Shown: in pieces, positions 39,332-53,190 of the stretch | Layout of the letters: each line of letters starts with the position of its first letter | Position numbering within the stretch: the stretch's first letter is position 1 | Assembly: GCF_963921235.1 (NCBI RefSeq) | Contig: NC_086107.1 | Coordinates: 34,038,001-34,102,000 of the forward strand | Direction of reading: 5' to 3' | Source of the DNA: Mobula hypostoma | Lineage: Eukaryota | DNA: 64,000 bases | Translations under genes and position numbers: made by a program | The notes under the pieces: model-generated | Database searches by the model: none | What the model saw: only the letters and a program-made list of their open reading frames with translations | Told to the model about the DNA's origin: nothing

Positions 39332-40754
39332 TAGCAGGATTTGAATATAATATGGGGTAATAAAGGAAAGACAGTGCAGAGTTCACCAAATCATGCTCCG
39401 TTACATTTATTGAGGTTTTTTTTTAGTTGACGTAATAGTGAGGGTAGATCTTCAAAAGGAAAAGCAATCCTTCAATTAACCTGTTAATTTAATTATTCTG
39501 TTCACCTCTCAGACTTGTTAGCAAAATTGAAGTCTATAGAATAGAAGAAGCAACAGCGTCACATACAAATTTCAATGAAAATCTAGACTGAGGGCAGATA
39601 CAGAAATGACAATAAATGGCTATTTGTCAAGTTTGAGAGAATACACTGGAGTTAAGAGAAAGTGCAATTCACTTCAATTTACAGAAATTGCCTCTATTTG
39701 GAACATCAAGCAACACTACCGAAGAACAGTCACAGATTGAAAATGGAACCTCATTTCTATCTGCAAGTGGTTTACAATTACACATCAATAATGTCAACCC
39801 AATGAAATCAATTCATCACACAACTAAGTCCACTACAGACTAGAGTCTTTAGCAAAGAAGTGAAAGCCAAAGATTAAAGTTGATAGGTTTTAGATTGTCT
39901 CAAAATTGTTAACAACTGTAATTGTTGGATTGGTAAAATATTTTCCACTAAAATAACAGAAATCTATACAAATGATTGAACTTATTATATTTATTCATTA
40001 TCCTCTTTGAGATAAAGCATAGAAAGCCTAATTTGTGTAATGAGACAGACACACTATCAGTTACTGATGTCATGTATTCCAAAGCTGTAGACACAATGTA
40101 TTTCTATATTGTCTCGAAAGTAGTAGCAATTTCCTACAGTAACCATATACTTACTGAATGTAGACAAAGGACAATTGAAGAAAATGCTGGTTGTGATTCA
40201 TCGGTGTCTTTTGGTAAATTATGTAATATTCTGCACTGATACCAGACTAAATATCAGCTAAATAGCTGGATAAAACTTAGGATGCAGAATGATAGAATTG
40301 CACCAACTAGCCAGTACAAAAACACCATTAAGTTTTGTAATACTTGCCGTGCTTTTTTTGAAAAACAGAGAGACTCAATGTAAAAAGTGCTCAGTTTAGA
40401 AAGCAGTACAAATTATTTACTGCATTCAGAAGTCTAGTGCTGATAGCAGAAATGTCGATTGGTTTATAGATGTTCTTGCCATTTTTAACAAATGCTATTT
40501 CAAAACATTAATATTTTCAACATTAGAGGTTAATGTTAATGGATTTGGACTTTATAAAATTTTCAAACACTGAAGATGTTGTGACACAGCTGTCAGCAGC
40601 ATAGTTTTAAAAATTTAATATAGTTCTGTACATTCCCTCAAGAATTAGTCATCTGGAGTAAATTTCATAGAAACACATTCCACCATTTCACAAAAACAAC
40701 TTAATTCCTCATTATCCAGGAAATGCTCCATACCTCCTCTCTTTATTTTTATCA

Positions 40755-43000
40755 GGGCTCTTTCTTTTTTTTCTTTTATTAATTTTTTATGCATTTCTAC
40801 AATATAGCGACAGAAAAAAACCAGAAACCAAACGGAGATTTATACTGTGCAAAACAAACATATCCAATATATAATTCATAACAATGAGGAAAAAGCACCC
40901 AAAATAAAATCATATAAAGTTAGTGCCCTCCCCACCCTCCCGCTATAAAACCCCAGGCCAACCACTTCTACGTGTAAAAGAAAAATTAATCGGAGTATTC
41001 AACCCCACAGAGCTGTAATACATATATAAAAAAAGAAAATATAATGCTGACTACCAAAACTATAATGTAATTCACAGCAAAAAACCGTAAACCTTACAGG
41101 AAAAAAAGCTGAAAGTAAGGGATTGTAGTACAAAAAAAAAGGATAAACTTAATCTAAAGAGGAGCTATGAAAGTATTCAAGAAAAGGTCCCCACACCTTA
41201 TGAAACTTTATGTCCGAATGAAGAAGTGAATAATGAATCTTTTCAAGGTCTAAGCAGGACACAATATCACTAAGCCATTGAGCGTGAGTGGGTGGGGCAG
41301 CATCTCTCCACCTAAGAAGAAGTAACCGTCTAGCCAAAAGAGAAGCAAAAGAAAATGTTTTACGTTTAGTCGGACTCAAGCGCATGTCTGCTTCACCCGA
41401 GGTGCCAAAAAGAGCAACCAGAGGGTTAGGTTCTAAATGGCAATTAAGAATATGGGATAGAGTTGAAAAAACTTCTCACCAGAATTTCTCTAGACTCGGA
41501 CGGGCCCAGTACATATGGATAAGAGAAGCCTCACCCCCTTTACACTTATCAAACATGGGGACTAATGTCAGGGTGAAACCATGATAATTTAGTTTTAGAC
41601 ATATGAGCCCTGTGTATAACCTTAAACTGCAAAAGGCAGTGGCGAGCACATAAAGAGGTTGAGTTAACTGGCTTAAGAATTGAATCCCAAACCGCATGAG
41701 ATAGGGAAATATTTAAATCATGCTCCCAGGCAGTTCTAATTTTATCGAAGGGGGCACGCCTCAAGATCACTAACTTATCCCGAATAGCAGATATTAAACC
41801 TTTATCCAATGGGTTAATACAAAGAAAGAGTTCCACAACGTTTTTCTCAGGCATCTCAGGAAAGTTTGACATTAAAGGGTTAATAAAATGTGTTGGCACG
41901 TGGCCAAGTGGTTAAGGCATTCGTCTAGTGATTTGAAGGTCGCTAGTTCGAGCCTTGGCTGAGGCAGCATATGTGTCCTTGAGCAAGGCACTTAACCACA
42001 CATTGCTCTGTGACGGCACCAATGCCAAGTTGTATGGGTCCTAATGCCCTTCCCTTGGATAACATCAGTGTCGTGAAGAGGGGAGACTTGCAGCATGGGC
42101 AGCCACTGGTCTTCCATACAACCTTGCCCAGGCCTGCGCCCTGGAAACCTTCCAAGGCGCAAATCCATGGTCTCACGAGACTAACGGATGCCTATTATTA
42201 TTAATGAAATGTCTAATTTGAAGATATCTAAAGAAATAAGTATTAGATAGGTTAAACTTTACAGACAGTTGTTGAAAAGTTGCAAAACTATTACCTATGA
42301 AAGATCTAATGCCCTTTCTGTACCAATCATGAAATGTTGAATCCCACATAGAAGGTAGGAAAAGATGATTGTGTAAAATAGGGCTAGGGAGAGAGAAACC
42401 ATGAAGGCCACTATATTTTCTGAACTAAGCCCATGTTCTCAGAGTATGTCTAATAAGAGGATCAACAATTAGTCTAGGCAAATGACAAGGAAGTGCAGAG
42501 ATGGAAAGATCCTTACTAGAATTCAACTCCATTGCCACCAATTTTGGGCAGTCAGATTGTTTATGGAAGAAAGACCAAAAAATAAGACAACGAATATTGG
42601 CTGCCCAATAATATAAACAAAAATTAGGCAGAGCCATACCATCTTCCTTTTTAGATTTTTGAAGGTGAGCTTTATTAAGTCTGGAACATTTGCCCTTCCA
42701 TAGATAGGACGAAATAATAGAATCTAACGCATCAAAAAAAGCTTTAGAAATAAGAATTGGTAAGGATTGAAATAAATACAAAAATTTAGGAAGGATATAC
42801 ATTTTAATAACATTAATTCAACCTACCAGAGACATGGACAAGGGTGACCACTGTGTCAGATTCTGTTTTGTAGAATTTAGAAGATTGGCAAAATTTTCTC
42901 GAAAAAGATTCTTAATGTTCCTTGTTACTGTAATACCAAGGTAAGTGAATTGATTATTAACTATTTTAAAAGGGAGGTCATTTTAATGAAAGAGCTCTTT
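40755..43000 (-). mobile_element. L1-type LINE 3' portion (fragmented ORF2) with poly(A) tail
   Basis: Peptides MYILPKFLYLFQSLP..LPNFCLYYWAA (42425-42802) and CARHCLLQFKVIHR (41549-41899); T-rich tail on the plus strand near 40760. Confidence 0.85.
41893..42200 (+). mobile_element. Full-length tRNA-derived CORE-like SINE inserted in the L1
   Basis: A box TGGCCAAGTGG (41901-41911), B box AGTTCGAGCC (41945-41954), (ATT)n tail, and an approximately 12-bp TSD TTAAT(A/G)AAATGT. Confidence 0.88.
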
Positions 43001-43468
43001 CTAATGTAAAATATAATATAAAATGCAACATTATCCTAAATCCAGCCTTACTCTGCTTAGCAAAGGAGCCATATGAAAATTTAAAGAAAAATCTATTTCA
43101 TAGCATATATATTTTAAAATATGCAAATTTCAAAACATCAAAATGTAAAATTAATAAAATTGATTGTGAGTGTATTTGGTACAATTCTTTACTCTCTTGC
43201 CGAATAGAATATTTTATTATTCTTTTAGCAGGTTTCAATATGCTCAGCAAGTTAAATGTCATGGGGGAAATTAGACTTAGAGTTTATTTGATATTATAAT
43301 ATCCAGTATGCAGTGTTTGCATGCTATGGCTATAGTTTTGATAACATTTAGATAAGCTCAGTGCAGCTAAGATACTAAAAATAAGTAAACTTACACAAAA
43401 ATTCAATCATAGTTCTGCACCAAATGAAAAGTCATTACACACTGTGTAAATAGAAGTGCCATTTCCTA

Positions 43469-43700
43469 TAGTACCTTTGTCTTGCAGAATGTGTTTTTCG
43501 GCGAGGTCTTCCACCTGTTTCAGACCATGAGGTTAACTCTGAAATAACAGGAACTGTCTCTCTCTTCTTCAGGCTTGTACTTTGGCAGCTGATGTGGTGC
43601 CCTGCCTCTTTGGCTTGTCACTCTAAACTAGTGGTCAGGCTTAACCACATACTCAAACTGTAAATGCAATTATGCATGACAGTTTTCTCTCACAGTAAAT
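43469..43700 (-). promoter_or_regulatory. Candidate RAG1 promoter / non-coding exon 1
   Basis: Unique island with adjacent E-box CAGCTG (43586-43591) and RUNX TGTGGT (43593-43598), CACCTG at 43512, and minus-strand donor AAG|GTACTA (G at 43474). Confidence 0.35.
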
Positions 43701-44449
43701 CTTTACATGGCTGCTGGAATCTTCACTAGTATTTTACATTTAGTTTTATTTAATCTTTTTAATATTTTTGCCACTTTACAATAAATCTTTATAAGTATAA
43801 TATTTATAGTTAGAATTTGATAACTCTGTAAATTTATTGTTAATTATTATTTCATACCCAATTCTCCATTCACCCACTCCCTCAAATTTCTCAGCCTTCT
43901 TCACTCTTATTTAGTGCAGTGACACACCTTCTTTGGTTGTCCACCTGCATGATGCTGCCACCTTGTGGATTAATTGAACTTCACAGCATTTCTTTGGAGC
44001 TTGTCCCTCAAACTTTCTTTCCCAGTTGCTAAAAATTGGGTTGAGTTACTTTTCCTTCAGTTTGGTGTGTTCTAAGGTGAGTGACGGGGCCACAGGTGGA
44101 GCAGGTGCTGTTTAGCAGTACAGGTGAGTGCGTGGTCTGGGAGGTGGTGCCTTCCTCCAGGGATTTACAGAGTGCTCCTGGCAAATGGACGTATCCTGGG
44201 ATAAAATATGCTCTTGGGGCCCTGTTGCTTGTCATATCAGGTGCTCTTTTTGACTTTAGTCTTGTGGCAAGGACTGACCAAACATTTTGCTGTAGGCTGG
44301 AGCCATGGGTAATTTCAAGAACTCCTTCCAGTGAGCACTAGTTGTTTCTTTGTGTTTGATAAGGCCATCCCTGTTCATGGTCCTCAGTATGGCTGGAATT
44401 TGGGTGTTTGATGGCAGAGGGCTATGAATGAATCCCTCAATGAATATAA

Positions 44450-45720
44450 AAAAATTTAAGACCACACGAGGGAAATTAGGAGAGTAAAAAGAGAGTATGA
44501 AATAGATTTGACAGAAAAGGTTAAAGATAATCGCAATAGGTTCTGCAATTATATTAATAGTAAAAGGGTAACTAGGGAGAATTAGGTCCTCTCATGGCTG
44601 CTTGTGTGTGGAGCCACAGGTGATGGCTGAGATTTTTTAATGTGTATTTCTTCGTCAGAGTTTATTAACAAAAATAAAATTGATGCCCAAAAAAATGAGG
44701 GCAATAAGTAGTGAGGTCTTGGAACATATGCCTCTTATGATGAAGGAGGTATCTGTTGATTTGAAGTGCGCTAAGGTGGGCAAATCTACAGGGCCTGAAC
44801 AAGCACACCCCTCAAACTTATGGAAGGCCAAGTAAGAAATCACAGAGGCCTATGTAGAGACAATTGCTTCTCTGTTGGCTGGTGGCAAGTTCCAGAAGAC
44901 TGTTGTTTTATTGCTTAAGAAGTATAGCTCTAACAGTTCAGGGATCTACAAGCTGATGAGCTGACCAGTCATAGAGAAGTTACTGGAGCAGATTCTGAGA
45001 GACAAGATCATTTGAATAGTCAAAGCCTGGTCAGAAATAGTTAACATGGTTTTGTGCATAGGAGGTCATGTCTGACTATTTTTTCAAAGGTACCTACAGG
45101 GATAGATGAAGGTAGAGCAGTGGATTTTGTCTCCATGCACTTTAGTAAGGCTTTTGATGAAGTCTTGCATGGCAGGCCGATCTGGAAAGTTAGGTTCATG
45201 GGGAGCTAACAAGATGGACTCAAAATTGGCTCAAAGATAGGAAGAAGAGGGTGATAGCTGAAGGTCAATTCTCCAACCAGAGGCCTGTGACTAGTGCAGT
45301 GTCTTAGGGGTCAATGTTGGTACCCTTGTTATTCATTATGTATGTAAATCATTTAGATATGAATGTACATGGCATGATAAGCAAGTTTGCTGATGACACT
45401 AAATTGGGAGGACTTGTTGATGGTGAAGCAGGTTACAATGAATAGCAAAAAGATCTCGATTAGTTAGGGAGATGAGCTGAGGAATGGCAAATGGATTTCA
45501 ACTTGAATAAGTGTGAGGTGATGCATTTTGGTCAGTCAAAACAAAGAGCTATAGAAATGTGGAAAGCAGGGCACTTACACGTGCTGTGGAACGGAGGGAC
45601 CTGGGAACACAAGTGCACAGTTCACAGAAAGCAGCTGTACAAGAAGACAGAGTGTTTAGCATGCTGGTTTTCATCAGTCAAGGCACTGCGTTTAGAACAT
45701 AGAGTGTAAAACTTAGAGCA
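44450..45720 (+). mobile_element. Old, degenerate CR1-type LINE
   Basis: Recognisable remnants of FSKAFDEV, GSMLVPLLF and KFADDTK, with many stops. Confidence 0.7.
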
Positions 45721-47346
45721 TTACAGTACTCTACAGGCCTTTTGACCTATGATTTTGTGCCAAACCTTTTACCCCACTCTAAGGTCAATCCAAACATTCT
45801 CTCCAACATACAGTAGCTTGTTAGAGCGATTTTTGGGTTTGCACACCTAGCAAATAACTTCAGCCATCAATCTTCAAATTTGAGTATAGATTGTAGACTT
45901 AATTTAAAATGCAGCGCTGAGCAATAGGTTCCAAAAAGCCTTGAATCACAGACCAGACAATGCTGATTAAAGCTTACTTAGATGTCTGTGGTATGGGTGT
46001 GAATCAGGACATGTAAAGCTTGTGTGTAGTTCCAAAGAAAGCATTGTGGATGCATTGTAAATATGGAATTGTCCTTTGATGTTCAGCACATAAAATATCA
46101 GGTAGTGTGGGCCAGGCAGACCTTTCCACCAAAAGCGTCTCAATATGGTGCCTGCTGTAACTAGTTTTGTTGAATGAAGAGGCTGCTTCATATCTATCAG
46201 TACTTTTCTCCAGTGACTTTCTTCACACAACAATATAGCTCTCTATTTTACTATCTTCCATGTACCTATCTAAGGGATTCTTAAATGTCCCTAATGCATC
46301 TGCCTCTACAACCACTTCTGGTAGAGCGTTCTACAAAGCCACCACTCTCTGTGTAAAAAGCACTTATCTCTTGAACTCCGCCCCCCCCCCCAACATCCAT
46401 ACAATCACCTTAAAATGATGCTCCCTCGTATTTGTCCTTTGCCAACTCCATGGGCTTGAATATAATGTCCTGACAGCTAGCAATTCATTGGAATCCTTGT
46501 ACTGCAGGATTGTTGCTTTCAGGTCCCCATAAACCTAATTCAACAATCCCCTTTGCTGTGGTTAGTTAGCTCATAGACCTTCTGGTCACTCCTGTCAATC
46601 CTATGTTTTCTGGTAGAAATGCCATCACATCACACATGGCAATTATAACTGGTTTCAGAACAGTCGATATGCTATTTGCACCCTGCAGCTCCTGGTGCTT
46701 GGGTTTCTTCAGACAGTCTGTGAGATGTGGTCCGAGAAGAGCCTTTCCATGGTGCTCCAGAGTCATAGAATGACACAGCAAGGAAACAGACCCTTTGGTT
46801 TACTGCTGACCAGCAAGCACCCATTTTCAGACCAATCCCACCCTAGCTCATTTTATTGTCCCCATACTCCCATCAACTTCTGCATCCTCCAAAATCCCAC
46901 CACATCCCTGCACACTGGCGCAATGTACAGGAGCCAATTAATGTCCAGTTCTGTGCCAGAAATAGGAGGCAGCTCATGCAGTGGGAGGGAAAATGTGCAA
47001 GCTCCACACACACAAAATGCTGGAGGAACTCAGCAGGTCAGGCAGCATCTCTGGAGGGAAATAAACTGTCAATATTTATAGACGAGACCCTTCAGCAGGT
47101 TGATTTTCTATATATGGCTCAAGATTTCCAGCATCTGTAGAATATCTTGAGTTTGCAAACTCCAGACAGTGTTCTTCTGAGCTTGAACATTCATTTGAGC
47201 ACATCAAATTATCTTTTGAAAGATGGTGACTGTGTGAGATGCTCCCATTCCCACAAGGTATATCTGCATCTCCAGTGAATAGGAAATCACAAGCCAGCAC
47301 CCACCTACCCTCCCCCATAGCCCTGAGGAACCAGTTACATCAAGCA

Positions 47347-47361
47347 GCACTAGATGGCGCT
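47347..47361 (+). promoter_or_regulatory. CTCF core-like motif GCACTAGATGGCGCT
   Basis: 13/14 match to CCASYAGRKGGCRS. Confidence 0.45.
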
Positions 47362-48094
47362 GCAGTTTCTCCTGAAGCCTTCTGTGAGAAGGCTGGGGAG
47401 TCTGCACTAAGCAATAGGCTGAGCAAACAGTAGATGGAGAATGACGGGAGGGAGAGTTGGGAAGGTATCTATGGAATAAAATGCAAAGGAACAGGTTAGA
47501 GTCTTAGAGGGAACAGAGTAAGTGGATGGGATCAGGGGCAGGGGCTTTTATTTTTGCGATACAGCACAGTAACAGGCTCTTTCATCCCAACAAGCCTGCA
47601 CTGCCCAGTTATGCACGTGTCCAACTGACCTACCAACTCGAATGCCTCTGGAATGTGTGAGAAAACCTGATCGCCCAGAGGAAATCCATGCAGTCACAGG
47701 GAAAACATACAAACTACTTACAGACATCACGAGAGATCCTACAGATGCTGGAATTCAAGTTCGAGTTCAGTTTATTGTCAATCAACTGTACACATGTACA
47801 CTGTCAGGACATATGGTTAGAGGAAGGAGGACAGAGAGGGATTGGAAAAGATGAGAGATCAGGATTACTCCGAAGGACAATACTTTCAGGAATGGGGAGA
47901 ATCAAGAGTAGGATGGATCAAAAAGAGATATAAATCAAGAGAAAATATAGGGCAAGGCCAACTGTGCTGTGTTTCTGAGTGTGTAAACACATATATGGTG
48001 TGCATAATCTGTGTGCCGTGTGTGTGTATGTATATATTTAAAACCAATGGACAACTCTTACATAACAAAAACTAATCAAGAAATTACTGAGATT

Positions 48095-48870
48095 CCCTTC
48101 ATTTATTTGGGACACTATGCTACTTAATTGGGACAGGAGAAGTGCTGAACAGTTTCTAACCAGAGTCCGTCATGTGCACTTGCATGGCCGATACAGCACA
48201 CTGTGTTTAGAACCAACAGTTTTCAAATCACGTCAGTCACATGTGCTTATGTTCAAAAAGCAGTGAATTTTGTCACTGACAGTAGCCAAGAGATAATTCA
48301 GAACTGTTTTGCTGGCAGCGATGTCAAGCATTCGGGCTGGGAGTGAAAATGAAACGGTTTCACTGCTTCAACTACTTAGCAACTACAAAAATATTTGAAG
48401 CTATCGACAATCACCTTGAATGTTACAATAAACATGAAGATTTGGAGGATGCAATCATCAAAAACATTGTATGAAAGCCGTCCATTACCTGCACGAGGTG
48501 TCTGCACTAATTTGATTCATTTATGGTCAATCAAAAGAACACAGCAGCATACAAGCATCTTGGAACAATCTACCAGCCAATTTTCTTATAAGACTGCACA
48601 ACAGTGTACCTAAGAGAATTGATGCAGTTTTAAAGATAAAGGGTGATTACACCAAATATTGATTTGATTTAATTTTTTATGTTTATTGCTCTTGATGGTA
48701 ATTTTTTTGATATTTAGAAACATTTCATTTCATTACTTTTGAAATCACCTTCGCTTTATAGCCTTTTTTACATGTGCCTAAAACATTTGCACAGTACCGT
48801 ATTTCCATGAAACTTCAGCTAATTGGGGCAGCCACTTAATTGGGGCAAAACATATTTGTCCTGATGTGTC
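48095..48870 (+). mobile_element. DNA-transposon-like element, sibling of the host of the 2.7-8.2 kb nest
   Basis: Colinear similarity to 2686-2826 and 6792-8188. Confidence 0.65.
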
Positions 48871-48925
48871 TCAATTAACCAGAATCCTCTGCATATAAAC
48901 ACACAGTATACTGTGTGCACATTCT

Positions 48926-48950
48926 GTGTGTGTGTGTGTGTGTGTGTGTG
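48926..48950. repeat. (TG)n microsatellite
   Basis: About 12 TG units; a (CA)n tract also lies at about 3325-3353 inside the I-group LINE. Confidence 0.95.
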
Positions 48951-50049
48951 TACGTGTTTAAGAGAAGAGATAGAGAAAGTGCTTACGTGCTGACAAACAC
49001 CTACAAAGTGTGTCCACATATGTATTTGTTTATTGAATAAACCATATTCCAGAAGAAGATGGCGCCAGCAAACAACGCTATCATGGGTGACATTCTCTAG
49101 GTGGTACATGTAATGGTTTCTTTCACATCTTTTATGTCTTCTTTTTCTTATAAATGTGGCTCTGGTACTGTTGGAGCCTGCGATCTACACTTTAATGGTG
49201 TGTTTTCAAGCCAATTGGGCGATTTAGCACTTTTCTGTCTCTGAGAAGGTTCTGGCAGGCAGGTGGCCTCGAGGCCAAGAAGCTTAGAGATGGGGTGTGA
49301 GCCCATGATCAACTTCATTTCTCACTGATCTTGTCAATTAAAGTGCCAGGGAAGATTGAAGCATCAAGGCAAGTGAGTGTTCAGTACTGTCTGCCAGCCT
49401 CCTGCTCTTGCTGTCGGAGGGAGGTGTCTGCGTGTGTCACTCTCTCTCTCGCTGCTCCCATGGGAAGGTCCCTTCGTTTAAATGGTCTCTCTCTCTTTCC
49501 ATTGTTGCTGCTGGAGGCTGGTACTGGAGTTCTGGGCTTGCAATTTATGGATCGAACTAACAAACACTGAGCCAAAATGAACATGGACTCTTTCAATTTT
49601 GTGTTTTATTTTCCATGATGTCTCACATACTTTCTTGTTGCCATTTGCATGATTTGTTTCTTTTTTGCACATGAATGTTGTTAATGTTCTTGTTGCCGTT
49701 TGCACGATTTGATTTTTTTTTGCACGTGGGGGGAGTTGATGTTCCTGTTGGCATTTGTGTGATTTGTCATTTTCTTATGCGTTGGGGGGGGTGATGTTTT
49801 GTTATTGTTTGTGCAGTTTGTTTCTTTTTACACTGGGAGGTTTAATGTCTTTGTTTTGTGGCTCTGTGGAAAAGATGTATCTCAGGGTTGTTTTCTGCAT
49901 ATATACATTGATGATAAATGTATTTTGAATCCTTTTAATCTTTAATCTCTGGACATCTTGGCTCCCCTTGCCTCTCTGGGTATGATATCTAAAGTGCAAG
50001 ACAATCCCTCTATGAAAGAAATTGCACTTGAGCTACTTCCACTCCTTAT

Positions 50050-50640
50050 CATAATGTTCCAGACCTGAAAGTCTGGAACCCAAGGGACACTTCGAATAAT
50101 GACAAATCTGAATGGCGCTCTTCTGTTATGGCTGCAAGATTGACATCATCACCCTGAACGAGTCATTATCAGTAACAGATCGCCAGCTCAAAGAAAAAAA
50201 CTCCATAAGAGCAGAATGGGAAAGGTGCAGTCCCTTCGTGGGCTGTGCTTAGTTTGCAAGAATGAGCTGGTCTGGCAGCTCAGTGACTCCCCTCTGGGGA
50301 GGCAATGTCTAGTGACACTCCAGCTTACTGTGATGCTGAACCAGCACGCCACAGTCATCAACACATCCGCCCCAACACTGGAAGCTAAGAATAAGGCCTA
50401 CTCTAGCCTTGAAAGAACTTAGGGCCCAGAGGGAGATAAACTGATCCTCCAAGGCAACTTCAATGTACAAGCCAGAAAATTAGCATTCCTCTGAAAAAGA
50501 AAGATTGGCAAGGAATCTGTAAAACTCCTCCTGATACAATGTTTAGAACACACAGCTGTTCAGTAATTAAAGACCTGGGCAGAACTGATGGGAATGGGAA
50601 GGATCACCAACAATACATGCAGCTACATAGAGATGTAAGA
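50050..50640 (+). mobile_element. RTE-type LINE endonuclease remnant
   Basis: SAPTLEAKNKAYSSLE and LILQGNFN-like peptides. Confidence 0.5.
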
Positions 50641-50659
50641 ATGAAACTTCAAGGACCAG

Positions 50660-51360
50660 GTTATAGAACATAGAACATAGAATAGTGCAGCGCAGTACAG
50701 GCCCTTCAGCCCACAATGTTGTGCTGACCCTCAAACACTGCCTCCCATATAAGCCCCCACCTTAAATTCCTCCATATACCTGTCTAGTAGTCTCTTAAAC
50801 TTCACTAATGTATCTGCCTCCACCACTGACTCAGGCAGTGCATTCCACACACTCTGAGTAAAAAACCTTCCTCTAATATCCCCCTTGAACTTCCCACCCT
50901 TTACCTTAAAGCCATGTCCTCTTGTATTGAGCAGTGGTGCCCTGGGGAAGAGGCACTGGCTATCCACTCTATCTAGTCCTCTTATTATCTTGTACACCTC
51001 TATCATGTCTCCTCTCATCCTCCTTCTCTCCAAAGAGTAAAGCCCTAGCTCCCTTAATCTCTGATCATAATGCATGCTCTCTAAACCAGGCAGCATTCTG
51101 GTAAATTTCCTCTGTACCCTTTCCAATGCTTCCACATGCTTCCTATAGTAAGGCGACCAGAACCGGACACAGTACTCCAAGTGTGGCCTAACCAGAGTTT
51201 TATAGAGCTGTATCATTACATCGCGACTCTTAAACTCTATCCCTCAACTTAAGAAAGCTAACACCCCATAAGCTTTCTTAACTACCCTATCCACCTGTGA
51301 GGCAACTTTCAGGGATTTGTGGACATGTACCCCCAGATCCCTCTGCTCCTCCACACTACC
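50660..51360 (-). mobile_element. CR1-type LINE 3' fragment
   Basis: ORF 50731-51216 (LYKTLVRPHLEYC..RRRMRGDMIEVYKI). Confidence 0.88.
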
Positions 51361-52719
51361 AAGTATCCTGCCATTGATTTTATGATTTTAGTCATCATAT
51401 CAGTCTTTTTATAGTGTCCTGCTCAAGGATAATCAGTATAAATCCAATGGACTGAATAGCAGAGGTAAAAGTAAGCCTTGAGAGACTGGTTTGTTGCATG
51501 GGTAGGAGGTGGCCAACACTGTTTGTGATATGACTGCCTGAGCAAGGAAGTTAAGTTACTTTTTACTTCTGATAAATGGCTTCATTCCATCCCAAATATT
51601 TTCACGATCCTATAGAAAGTAAGACGTACATATCAGTTAGGCAATATTATCATACAAATAAAGTAGAAATAACTCCTCCAGAATAAAATATTGATTTGAT
51701 TATCATTTTCTCTGAGACCTTTCTATCACAGAATGCTTCTTCAGAGAACTCTCTCAGATGCACCTTCTCATGACGATAACTTGGAAGTAATAGTAGCACC
51801 CTGCCTTTTCAATTTTGGGCACTGGCAGCAGATGCAGTGCCTTGCATCCTAAACAAACGGTCATACTTAGCCATATAATGAGGTGAAAATTGTTTGCCTT
51901 CGCACATGCTTAACAAACACAAATGGTGCATTGTAGGAACAGTTAAAATGTAGCCTGAACTTAAATCTGACAAAACGGATGCTGAATAAGGAAGTCTCTC
52001 TCTTTTCCTTTCAGATTCTGTCCAATATTTAATCCCAAATTTACACACCATGTTTTTAACATTTATACTTCATACTCCATTGTCGCCATCATTGATACTA
52101 GAACGTACAATCATCATAGCGATATTTGATTCTGTGTTTCCCGCTCCCTGGATTACAAATCGATAGTAAATATTAAAAATTTAAATTATAAATCATAAAT
52201 AGAAAATAGAAAAATGGAAAGTAAGATAGTGCAAAAAAACCGAGATGCAGGTCTGGATATTTGGAGGGTACGGCCCAGATCCGGGTCAGGACTTAAGTGG
52301 TGTGATATAATTATAATTTCAATGGTTCCATTGAATATCAGAGAACGTATACAATGTATAACCTAAAATTCTTGTTCTTCGCAAACATCCATGAAAACAG
52401 AAGAGTGCCCCAAAGAATGAGTGACAGGAAAACATTAGAACTCTAAAGCCCCCTCCCCACTCTCCCTCCCACATACAAGCAGCAGCAAAGCAATGATATT
52501 CCCCACCCCTCTTGCTTCAACAAAAAAACATCAGCACCCCTCCACCCACTAAGCAAGCAATAACAAAACCCCCAAGAAAGACCAGGATCTGCAATAGAAC
52601 AAAAACTAATCATTCATCCAACAATTCAACATGCCACAGGCTCTCCCTCTCTCCCTAATAAAGGCACAGAGAGATGTCACCCTTTCACAGCAAGAGGGGA
52701 GACATAAACAAAACAACTT

Positions 52720-53190
52720 GCTTTCTTTCCCTGAGTTCTCCAATTCAACTCCAGTGTCCTCCTGGTAGACAAACTGCAGGGGATGGCGGGCTGACCTGAC
52801 CAGGGTCAGAGGCAAGCCAGGACCAGCCTCTCTCAGGTCTTCACGATGTGTGATCAGGGTCAGGGTCACTGGACGGTAGTCATTCAAGACTTTTGGTTGG
52901 CTCTTCTTGGGTACTTTGACCACACCTGTTTTCCACATAGTCGGGACCCTTTCCAGGCTGAGACTCAGACTGAAAATGCTCTGGAGAACTCCACACGGCT
53001 CCTCAGCACACTCCTTCAGGACCTTGGGGGTTCTCACCCTCCAATCCCAGTGCTTTGCCGTGCCTGAGTTTCCCCAGAGCCCTTCTCACCTGCCCAATCG
53101 TGAAGGTGAGTCCATGGTGACTGGGGAGCTGGTGAAAGGTGCGAGCTGGGGGAGGTGAAGATTGGGACGATAGCAGTTGGTATGTGGAGA
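52720..53190 (-). mobile_element. Rex1/Babar-type RT fragment
   Basis: ORF 52606-53037 (VLKECAEE..VPTMWKT..VPKK..LNDYRPVTLT). Confidence 0.75.

Noticed and set aside
41893-41965. tRNA gene
   Set aside because: The A and B boxes continue directly into SINE body and tail, with a TSD and a second copy at 10815; it is a SINE head.
19000-44000. Intact RAG transposon with terminal inverted repeats flanking RAG1/RAG2
   Set aside because: By eye I found no consensus heptamer-12/23-nonamer or paired TIR/TSD around the genes, and RAG1 has the domesticated R848 equivalent. A formal RSS scan was not run.
49056-49066. YY1-like AAGATGGCG promoter motif
   Set aside because: It sits at the 5' end of a dispersed repeat (about 49050-49940) and is probably the element's own internal motif.
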